Source: Candidatus Heimdallarchaeota archaeon
Lineage (GTDB): Archaea > Asgardarchaeota > Heimdallarchaeia > Heimdallarchaeales > Heimdallarchaeaceae
Length of the DNA stretch: 10,885 nt
Direction of reading: 5' to 3'
Assembly (NCBI GenBank): GCA_016839945.1
Contig: JAEOTE010000043.1
Location: 1-10,885 of the forward strand
How positions within the stretch are numbered: position 1 is the first letter of the stretch; each line of letters opens with the position of its first letter. The notes below the pieces were generated by a model. It worked only from the letters and a program-made list of their open reading frames with translations. It was not told the origin of the DNA and ran no database searches. Positions 1-7,321 of this stretch are shown piece by piece. Position numbers and translations under genes: made by a program.

Positions 1-80
1 ATTTTTTTAATTATATCTTCTTTCACTTTATAATCAGAATTTTTCTCAAAGTCTCTCACCAAAGTATCAAAATATGACAT
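1..80 (-). CDS. 5' fragment of a divergently transcribed gene running off the left edge (MSYFDTLVRDFEKNSDYKVKEDIIKK...), possibly another HEAT-repeat-like helical protein
   Basis: On the minus strand, an ATG at 80..78 opens a stop-free frame to the window edge, with GAGG about 7 nt upstream (revcomp of CCTC at 88..91). It is absent from the ORF track. The product guess rests on 26 residues only. Confidence 0.55.
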   Translation of the reverse strand, partial: MSYFDTLVRDFEKNSDYKVKEDIIKK

Positions 81-140
81 AGAGTTTCCTCTTTGATTTC
101 TTAATATACTTGGCATAAAAATTTAATATTTAATAAGTTC

Positions 141-158
141 TCGCACAAAATTTATAAT
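141..158 (+). promoter_or_regulatory. Putative archaeal BRE+TATA promoter of cassette 1
   Basis: TCGCACAAAA followed by TTTATAAT (151..158). The same 10-mer plus CTTATATT recurs at 4391..4408, at exactly the same distance from the paralogous gene. Confidence 0.65.
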
Positions 159-177
159 TCGAATTAACTAAACGTAA

Positions 178-735
178 TTGATTCTCTTGCGATATATAGA
201 AGCTAATTGGAATGGTTTTGAAATTGACTCAAGTGAATTTGCAGTTTCGCTTCAACCTGTTGATGTAGTAAAAACAATAAAAACTTTTTCAAGTTCTTCA
301 TTTATTGAAAAAAGCGATGAGAAATATATCTCATCGATGAGTAAATTCTATGAAATTATGGAGATCACTAAATTTGACAAACCAGACTTCCTTGAACAGG
401 AAATAGAAGGAGAAAAAATCGATGATTTTGTAAATCGTATTAAGGAAGATGAGAGTTCTTATAGACAAAGATTAGCGAATAGTGATGTTATTAAGCTAGC
501 TGAAGTGTTTAAGAAAATTAAGGAACAGCTACCACATCTTATTCATGATTTAATTCCTTGCACAGTGACATTCATAAGAAAAAATGATGATCCAGATGGA
601 ACCAATCAATATACTATCTCTCTTTCAGGAGAACCTTATACATATTGGATTAATTGGTATAATCAAGATGAGTTTTTTGCGGTTCTGAACAGTATAAAAA
701 AGAAATGTGGAATTGGATGGAGTTCTCATTTATAA
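178..735 (+). CDS. Hypothetical protein A1 (~182-185 aa), small partner of cassette 1, paralog of 4428..4970; true start may be TTG at 187
   Basis: Open frame. It aligns with A2 at LRYIxANWxGxEIDSSEF, KTIxxF..SSS, PHLI, FxRK, NxY, GxPxT and WY. Several differences in the conserved 5' block are synonymous, which supports coding. No family recognised. Confidence 0.85.
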   Translation: MILLRYIEANWNGFEIDSSEFAVSLQPVDVVKTIKTFSSSSFIEKSDEKYISSMSKFYEIMEITKFDKPDFLEQEIEGEKIDDFVNRIKEDESSYRQRLANSDVIKLAEVFKKIKEQLPHLIHDLIPCTVTFIRKNDDPDGTNQYTISLSGEPYTYWINWYNQDEFFAVLNSIKKKCGIGWSSHL

Positions 736-854
736 ATTAATTTTGGAGGAATGATTGCATCTCATCAGAAAAATCTAAGATAACAGAATTTACAGAGACG
801 GTAGAAAATTCTATTAATTTAGAATCTTATTTTCCAAGAATTAATGATAATTTC

Positions 855-3800
855 TTGAGTGATTTTTGTTTTAATACAGCAGATCAAGTGAAATGGGACC
901 ATGGAAGTACGGGATCAGGTTTTCACTTTAAAAAGGGAGGAGATTATCCTATAATTCAAAATGGAAGAGATAGTGGGGTTTCCTTTCCTTATCGATTACC
1001 AAAAACCATACGCGATGAAAGAATAATAAAGTTAGCAGAAGAAACTGATATTTCACTATCCGAGTATGGAAAATACTTACTAACAATTCTAATTAAAATA
1101 ATTAGAACCTCTAGAACTAATCTTAGTGATATTAGCTTAAATATGTATTATGAACCCGCAATGATAATTTTAAACAATTTTCTAGGACCAATTGAAGAGA
1201 TTTCTAAACAATTGAAGTATCCTGTAAAGAAGGAATTAGTAGATATACAATTGTTTTTTGAGAAATGCTATGAAGAATTTAAAAATAATCTAATTAATAA
1301 TCTCTATGTTAGCAATCATCTATACGCAAAAGAGCCCTATTACTTTGATTCTGTAGATATTTTTGCAGTTTTAGTTTTAGTTTATTGGAGTATTATAGTA
1401 GATTCAGAGAATTCGAAGAAATATAATCTAGAGTTACAAAGTTTCCTAAAAGAGTATTTCACTCCTCCTGAAAGATTTTCTAGTAATATCAATTTAACAA
1501 ACAAATCTAAATTCCGCTTTATTTTTGAAAGGGAAATGACTAATGCAGATTTCTATTTTCCTTCATTAAAATTTGATGATATTGATGATATTACAACTAA
1601 AGAGAAAGAAAAGATCTCTGAACTTCTTATTGAGGAATTCAACAAAACTAAAGATGAAAATAGAAAGATAGTAATTATAGAAAAACTTGGAGAACAAACA
1701 TATGAAAAATACCAAGATTTTCTTATTAAATGTTTCAAAAAGGAAACAGAGCGATTACAGAAATTTGTTGTGAGAGAATTTCGAAAAATAGACGATTTGA
1801 GTAATTCGACAAATAACTATTTTCATGATATTTTAGAAGGAGAAGATAGCATTCAAAAGAATTTGATTTTAGAAATTATTGAGAATAAATCTATTTCTTT
1901 TCAAGAATCTGAACAAGAAATTAATTATTTATTTACTGAGAAAAGATATGATGAACTCCTAAAATTCGAAGATAGCAATGAATTATTGGAGAAAATTATG
2001 CAAATTTTTACGGAATTAGAAATAGATAATATAACTGAGGCTCAAGAAATCAATGAACTTTCTAAAGTAGTTTCTAGTATCGTTCACAAAGATAAACACC
2101 AATTTTTAGTTAAGTTAGTGAATATTGGAAACTTCTACGCTAAAAGAGCTGCAATTGAAGCATTAGGTAACAGTGATACAGAAGAATCAGCATCATTACT
2201 GATTTCCATCTTTGAAAATGGTTCAGAAAATGAAACTTCTGAAATTGGAGATTCAGATTCAAAGATTCTTGCTACACTTGCTCTAGGGAAATTAAAAAAT
2301 GAAGAAGCAATTGATAAATTATTGAAAATTCTGGGAGATTCTGATGAACTAAAATCTTTCAACTGCAAAGAAGGATGGAATATTAAGCCATCACTATTGC
2401 AAAATTTCTATGATAATAAAAGGTTACCATACAAAGATGAATTTAAAAATGAATATAATGCAATAATAATCGCTCTTGTATCTCTTCAAGATAAGAAGAT
2501 TACTGATAAACTCCTTTCTTTCATGTCCTCCTCTACTGATGAGAAGAATAAGATCGATATTTTAGCTAATTTATCAGGAGTAATAGATGAAGAAAGTTTA
2601 CTTAAGATAATTGATTCTGAACTGAAATCCAAAGATAACGATTATGGATATAAACTCAAAATAAGTGAGTTTCTAAGCACACTAGAAACAGAGAAAGCAA
2701 TTGAATATTCTATTGATATACTTGAAAATCATTCAACATTATACAAACTTATACTTAATAAAGAAGATGATCATCCTTATACTGATGTACCTGCTTATAA
2801 GAAAATGATCAATGCTATAATCAAATTTCTCGAAAGCCAAAAGAGTACTTATAATAAAATACTTGATGAATTCAATTCTTATTTGTATTTATATTATGAT
2901 GAGCGAGGATATAATAAACCTATTCATTATTATAGGATACAAAGACATCCATTAAAATCTAAAGTAGATAATATACAAACTAAAGAGATTTTAGAAACTA
3001 TTGTTTTGCTTGGGATGCTCTATTCAAATGAAAATTTCGATAATAGGGATCACGATAGTATTCGTAAACAGGTAAAGGAATTTGCTGTATATTTACGTGA
3101 TAAACCACCTCTTAGATCAATAATGCAGAATTTTGGACATGCACAATCCTTCCGCAAAAAGCTTATTACTAACAAATTAACCTCAAGAGAAGGTCCTCGA
3201 TCTAAATCTGCTGATTCTGATTTAATAGTTGAATGTTTATTACGTTTAACAAATGACTATAATCTGTTCATAAGAAGGCAAGCTATTAAAGCTATAGGGG
3301 AGGTAGAGAATGAAGAATATTTCAAGCAAATAACTGATAGATTATTGGAGTTAATTAATACTGAAAAAGACTATTTCATTCACTTTGATGTCCATTTGTC
3401 ATTAATCACTTTCTTTGTTCCATCTTTGAGAGGAGAAGTAACAAATGATGATGAAGCTCGAAAAATAGTGGTTAATGAAGTAGATGGAGAGTATATTACA
3501 GTTGATAGATTATGGGATTGTGATGATAAAAACCAATTTAGTAAAATCATTACTAAATTATTAGAAAGGAAAATAAAGAGTAAGAAAGATGGTTCAGTTT
3601 CAACAACTAAACCAAAAACTATTGATGAAATACCAGGACAAAAGAAGTTCTTAACTGAACAAATAAAAGAACAAATGGTTGAACTAACAAATCTACCTAA
3701 TTTGAAGAATTATGAATTTAAGCTTTCTCCTAAGGAATTATATGAATCTGAGATGAAAATGGCATATCAATCACGTGATTTAGATGAAAAAAGAAGAAAA

Positions 3801-4334
3801 CAAATCTTAGAAGATTTAGTATCAATAACTCATGACAAATCTGCTTCTTCACAGCTTAGGATACTAGCTATGAATATTGTATGTAATTTGAATGCAAGGT
3901 TCATAAATGATGAAGTTAAGAAAAAACTAATTTTTCCATTATTAAATGAAGAAGATTTACTTGTTAAAGATGTAGCTATTTTTAATCTTGTGGGAAAAGA
4001 ATTTCGTAAAGAGGATATTTCTGAATTTGAAGATGACTTATTAGCTCTGAAAGAGGAGTTAGTTGAGTCGTTTTACAGGTACATTGAAATGGACAAATAT
4101 CCAGAGAGTTCTAAATATGTGTCTAATGATGTGCTTTTTGAATTATATAATACGTTTGGTCGTCGTGAAAAATTCGATGTTATATCATCTCCTCATGGTT
4201 TGTTAATATATCTCATTGATCAAATAAAAGAAGAAGTAAAAGATGTTGTCTATAAAGGTTTGAAGAGTGAGAATCCAAATATTGTAAAATTTGCTAAAGA
4301 AGCAATAGAACAAATCTATGAAAGTGGATCTTAA
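855..4334 (+). CDS. Large protein B1: uncharacterised N-terminal domain (shared with B2) plus extended HEAT/PBS-lyase-like alpha-solenoid; real start probably upstream of 855 (frame open from 741)
   Basis: 1159-aa ORF with HEAT-like motifs AKRAAIEALGN, ATLALGKLKNEEAIDKLLKIL, LTNDYNLFIRRQAIKAIGEV and GLKSENPNIVKFAKEAIEQI. The N-terminal region (~918..1530) aligns with B2 (~5108..5725). Confidence 0.88.
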   Translation: MSDFCFNTADQVKWDHGSTGSGFHFKKGGDYPIIQNGRDSGVSFPYRLPKTIRDERIIKLAEETDISLSEYGKYLLTILIKIIRTSRTNLSDISLNMYYEPAMIILNNFLGPIEEISKQLKYPVKKELVDIQLFFEKCYEEFKNNLINNLYVSNHLYAKEPYYFDSVDIFAVLVLVYWSIIVDSENSKKYNLELQSFLKEYFTPPERFSSNINLTNKSKFRFIFEREMTNADFYFPSLKFDDIDDITTKEKEKISELLIEEFNKTKDENRKIVIIEKLGEQTYEKYQDFLIKCFKKETERLQKFVVREFRKIDDLSNSTNNYFHDILEGEDSIQKNLILEIIENKSISFQESEQEINYLFTEKRYDELLKFEDSNELLEKIMQIFTELEIDNITEAQEINELSKVVSSIVHKDKHQFLVKLVNIGNFYAKRAAIEALGNSDTEESASLLISIFENGSENETSEIGDSDSKILATLALGKLKNEEAIDKLLKILGDSDELKSFNCKEGWNIKPSLLQNFYDNKRLPYKDEFKNEYNAIIIALVSLQDKKITDKLLSFMSSSTDEKNKIDILANLSGVIDEESLLKIIDSELKSKDNDYGYKLKISEFLSTLETEKAIEYSIDILENHSTLYKLILNKEDDHPYTDVPAYKKMINAIIKFLESQKSTYNKILDEFNSYLYLYYDERGYNKPIHYYRIQRHPLKSKVDNIQTKEILETIVLLGMLYSNENFDNRDHDSIRKQVKEFAVYLRDKPPLRSIMQNFGHAQSFRKKLITNKLTSREGPRSKSADSDLIVECLLRLTNDYNLFIRRQAIKAIGEVENEEYFKQITDRLLELINTEKDYFIHFDVHLSLITFFVPSLRGEVTNDDEARKIVVNEVDGEYITVDRLWDCDDKNQFSKIITKLLERKIKSKKDGSVSTTKPKTIDEIPGQKKFLTEQIKEQMVELTNLPNLKNYEFKLSPKELYESEMKMAYQSRDLDEKRRKQILEDLVSITHDKSASSQLRILAMNIVCNLNARFINDEVKKKLIFPLLNEEDLLVKDVAIFNLVGKEFRKEDISEFEDDLLALKEELVESFYRYIEMDKYPESSKYVSNDVLFELYNTFGRREKFDVISSPHGLLIYLIDQIKEEVKDVVYKGLKSENPNIVKFAKEAIEQIYESGS

Positions 4335-4365
4335 TTCACTTGGAGGTAAAGTGTAATTAATAACA

Positions 4366-4382
4366 AGCAGTAAAATACTGCT
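4366..4382. promoter_or_regulatory. Perfect 7-bp inverted repeat AGCAGTA-aaa-TACTGCT just upstream of the cassette 2 BRE/TATA (possible operator or hairpin)
   Basis: The palindrome is directly visible and ends 8 nt before TCGCACAAAA. Its function is inferred. Confidence 0.4.
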
Positions 4383-4390
4383 ATCAATAA

Positions 4391-4408
4391 TCGCACAAAA
4401 CTTATATT
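4391..4408 (+). promoter_or_regulatory. Putative archaeal BRE+TATA promoter of cassette 2
   Basis: TCGCACAAAA-CTTATATT is a copy of 141..158 at offset 4250, the same offset as between the A1 and A2 starts. Confidence 0.65.
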
Positions 4409-4427
4409 TCTTATAAATTAGTTAGAG

Positions 4428-4970
4428 TTGATTCTCTTGCGATATATTAAAGCCAATTGGAAAGGGTATGAAATTGATTCAAGTGAGTTCTTTGCTGAAA
4501 TTCTCTCAGAGAATACATGCAAAACTATACAAGCATTCCTTGATTCTTCTTCTATCGATGAGAAATTTAGAACTGCAAATATTATTTCAAGCTTGAATTC
4601 TGCTTATGAAATTGCTATATCAGAGGATAAAGATTTAGTAAGTTCCTTGAAAATAAATAATGTCAGTTTTAGCAAAATAATAGATAAATATAATTCAATA
4701 AATGAAAGTGATATCAAGAAAGACAATCTTATAGAACTTTGTCAAATTGTTCAAATCTTAGTTCAGAATTTTCCCCATCTTATTTTTGAATTCAATGATA
4801 GCTTAATTCGATTTGAAAGAAAAGGAGCTGAAGAATCGAATAATTATGAAATGACAATTATAGGTGTTCCAGTTACTTTCATGGTTTCTTGGTATGAAAC
4901 AGAAGCATGGGAAGGGGAGCTTAGAAGATTGAGATATCAAGGAAGATTTCGCTACAATTCCTGGTTATGA
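4428..4970 (+). CDS. Hypothetical protein A2 (~177-180 aa), small partner of cassette 2, paralog of 178..735; true start may be TTG at 4437
   Basis: Open frame with clear homology to A1. Its stop overlaps the next ORF (ATGA at 4967..4970). Confidence 0.85.
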   Translation: MILLRYIKANWKGYEIDSSEFFAEILSENTCKTIQAFLDSSSIDEKFRTANIISSLNSAYEIAISEDKDLVSSLKINNVSFSKIIDKYNSINESDIKKDNLIELCQIVQILVQNFPHLIFEFNDSLIRFERKGAEESNNYEMTIIGVPVTFMVSWYETEAWEGELRRLRYQGRFRYNSWL

Positions 4971-7141
4971 TGGTGTTGATAAGAATGAAGTTAATAGAAG
5001 AGATTATTTCAAAAATTAATGAGACGAATTTGGGAATTGTCCCAACTAAAAGACTACAAAAGTTTCTAACTAGTTTCAAGGAAGGAGAAAGATACAATAT
5101 ACTCATGGGTTTCCATTTCAAGAAAGGAAAAGAAGCTCTTGGAAATACTCGACCAGATTATTCCAGTGGAATTGATAAATTTATTACATCTGATAGAAGA
5201 AAAACAGAGTATGTTATCAAAGAGTTATTTGTGAATAATGATTTAAGATATAATTTGGAAAATTATACTTCAGTTATTCTATCAGCTTTGAAGTTTGCAT
5301 ATGAAAGATCTCACAGAAGCTTGACAAGTTTTACTTTTAATATCTATTATGAACCTGGTTTTATCCTAGGTTGGAGACTTTTAGATGTTCCAAAAGAATT
5401 CAAAATCCAATTAAATAAGGATATTTTATTGCTTCTAGAAGACATTCAGACATTCTATACTTTTTGTTATAAACAGCTAGAAGAATCATTAAGAAAACTA
5501 CTTCCCTCATCTATCTGGTTGGATAATAAGCTTGAACCTTTTTATTATGATTCTATCAATATCTTTGTAGCATTGATGATAACATACTGGAATCTGATTC
5601 AGAAACCTGAAAACAAGGAAGAATATATCCTCCTCCTAAATGAATTCTTAACAGATTTCTTAATAGTTAAGAAGAAACAAGATTTCAATGTATATCTAAA
5701 AAGCAAATTCAAACAAATTATACTAAATGAGATAGAAGGAAGCTCAATCAAGTTTGTAGACGTAAGAGAAAGACAGAAGGAAGAAACTGAGGTTGTTAAG
5801 AAGACATCTATAATACTTGAAGATAAAGCAGAAATTTCAGAATCTAAAGGAAAGATATATCTCACTGGAAGCGTGAAAGGTAGAAATAAAGCCAGTATTA
5901 GATTGCTGTTGGAAAAAAAGGGTTTTATTTGGGGAGCTTCAGTATGGAGTAAAGTTGATCTTGTAGTTACTGGTAATAATCCTGGTAAAAAGGCATTAGA
6001 GGATGCTGAAAGATTGAACCTTCCAGTTATAAGTTGGGAGGAATTTTCGAAGAAACATGATGTTGAAAGTCCAAAAGAAGAATATTTTGTGGCTGAAAAC
6101 AGAGGAAAAGTATACGTTACTGGAAAAATAGAAAGAAAGAATAAAGCTGAAGTTCAACAAATTGTTAAACAAATGGGATTCACTTGGTCACCAAGTATCA
6201 ATAACAGATTAACTCATTTAGTATATGGCAAAAACCCAGGTCAAAAGAAAATTGATTTAGCAGAACGATATGGAATTGATTTAATCAAATGGGAGGATTT
6301 TATTGAGAAATACAAAGTTGAAATAAAGACTAAAAGGATAATTGTCTTGGATGATAGAACTGGTGAAGATACTAGTTCTCCTTTAGGAAAAGAAGATATC
6401 ATCGAACTGACACAAAACAAAAAATGGGAAGTTAGATATGAAGCTTATAAAGAACTTATTAATTTTAATGAAGATGTATTAGAGATTTTATCCAAAGCTC
6501 TTGCTGATAAATCTGAAAAAATAAGAATGATGGCATTAGAAGAATTAAGAACACATGTTTCAGAAGAAGAAATGTTTGAAATTCTGACAAAAGCTCTTGC
6601 TGATAAATCTAGGGAAATTAGAATAATAGCATTAGAGGAATTGAAAAAACGAGATCCAGAAAAAGTTCCTTATTTGTTGTATGAACTAACCAAACATGAT
6701 GATAAAAGAGTAGGAGTAAATACTTTTTGGATTTATAATAGAGAGCAATATAAGGATAAGGTTAAGCATCTTGTTGAATTACTAGATCTTGAAAGCAATG
6801 TATCTGTTCAGCAAATGGCATTCGCTGAGCTTGTTAGAATTTCTCCCCCAAATCTAGATGAAATACTAGTTAAAGGCTTGTATATCCAGCAATTAAGTGC
6901 AGTTAGAAAATCATTAGAATTATTGATAGAAAGAGAACATCCAAAATTAGCAGAATTACTTCTCGATGGAATATTTACAACTTTCTTTGGTTACAAATTT
7001 TTTCCTTATCTTGAATCAATAGGATTTCATAAAGAGATTTTAGAAAAAGCTATTGATATATACGATTCTGCAGATAAGACTGTTAAAGGAAGAATAAAAG
7101 CAAAATTTCCTGATATAGAAAGAAGAATCTCAAAGAATTAG
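4967..7141 (+). CDS. Protein B2: uncharacterised N-terminal domain + two tandem BRCT domains (NAD-ligase/RFC1 type) + HEAT repeats; alternative start ATG at 4985
   Basis: BRCT1 (~5846..6050) reads KGKIYLTG...NKASIRLLLEKKG...SVWSKVDLVVTGNNPGKKALEDAERLNLPVISWEEF. BRCT2 (~6101..6310) reads RGKVYVTG...THLVYGKNPGQKKIDLAERYGIDLIKWEDF. Both follow the LigA C-terminal BRCT pattern. The HEAT motif ALADKSxxIRxxALEEL occurs twice. Confidence 0.9.
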   Translation: MMVLIRMKLIEEIISKINETNLGIVPTKRLQKFLTSFKEGERYNILMGFHFKKGKEALGNTRPDYSSGIDKFITSDRRKTEYVIKELFVNNDLRYNLENYTSVILSALKFAYERSHRSLTSFTFNIYYEPGFILGWRLLDVPKEFKIQLNKDILLLLEDIQTFYTFCYKQLEESLRKLLPSSIWLDNKLEPFYYDSINIFVALMITYWNLIQKPENKEEYILLLNEFLTDFLIVKKKQDFNVYLKSKFKQIILNEIEGSSIKFVDVRERQKEETEVVKKTSIILEDKAEISESKGKIYLTGSVKGRNKASIRLLLEKKGFIWGASVWSKVDLVVTGNNPGKKALEDAERLNLPVISWEEFSKKHDVESPKEEYFVAENRGKVYVTGKIERKNKAEVQQIVKQMGFTWSPSINNRLTHLVYGKNPGQKKIDLAERYGIDLIKWEDFIEKYKVEIKTKRIIVLDDRTGEDTSSPLGKEDIIELTQNKKWEVRYEAYKELINFNEDVLEILSKALADKSEKIRMMALEELRTHVSEEEMFEILTKALADKSREIRIIALEELKKRDPEKVPYLLYELTKHDDKRVGVNTFWIYNREQYKDKVKHLVELLDLESNVSVQQMAFAELVRISPPNLDEILVKGLYIQQLSAVRKSLELLIEREHPKLAELLLDGIFTTFFGYKFFPYLESIGFHKEILEKAIDIYDSADKTVKGRIKAKFPDIERRISKN
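6494..6650 (+). repeat. Intragenic tandem duplication of one 32-aa HEAT unit (96-nt period)
   Basis: Exact 21-mer AAAGCTCTTGCTGATAAATCT at 6494..6514 and 6590..6610, each followed by similar ...AGAAT...GCATTAGAxGAATT sequence. Confidence 0.85.
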
Positions 7142-7282
7142 TTTAATGCTAAACAAATCACTTGTTTGTGAAACTTTTAAATCTTTCCTGATAGGCTTGA
7201 GTTAAGAAACTCTCAAAGAAAACTCATTATTGTGAAAAATATAATAAATATTTAATAAAAACTCTAGAGATTTTTTCTCATA

Positions 7283-7305
7283 AGATTTATATTACTTGTA
7301 AATCT
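7283..7305 (+). promoter_or_regulatory. Putative TATA box (TTTATATT, 7286..7293) of gene C, overlapped by inverted repeat AGATTTA-N9-TAAATCT
   Basis: The TATA start is 36 nt before ATG 7322. The 7-bp inverted-repeat arms are at 7283..7289 and 7299..7305. Confidence 0.45.
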
Positions 7306-7321
7306 CTATTTCGTAGATTTT

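Noticed and set aside
700-860. A and B as one gene joined by stop readthrough or programmed frameshift
   Set aside because: In cassette 1 both the A1 frame (TAA 733..735) and the B1 frame (TAA 738..740) are closed at the junction and a separate SD is present. Cassette 2 has ordinary coupled starts.
1553-1738. 61-aa minus-strand ORF
   Set aside because: Antisense shadow inside B1, with Ser/Phe/Ile-rich composition typical of reverse-complemented Glu/Lys codons.
2135-2368. 77-aa minus-strand ORF
   Set aside because: Antisense to HEAT repeats of B1, with no independent signal.
141-4447. Direct repeats at 141/4391 and 178/4428 as att sites, transposon ends or CRISPR repeats
   Set aside because: They are explained by paralogous promoters and gene starts. 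There is no integrase, transposase or cas gene and no regular repeat-spacer array.
4921-5121. 66-aa minus-strand ORF across the A2/B2 junction
   Set aside because: It overlaps two supported plus-strand genes and has no evident counterpart in cassette 1.
5599-5865. 88-aa minus-strand ORF
   Set aside because: Antisense shadow of B2.
5846-6310. Calling B2 or C a DNA ligase or RFC large subunit
   Set aside because: Only the BRCT domain resembles them. No KxDG adenylation domain context or Walker A/AAA+ motif is seen.
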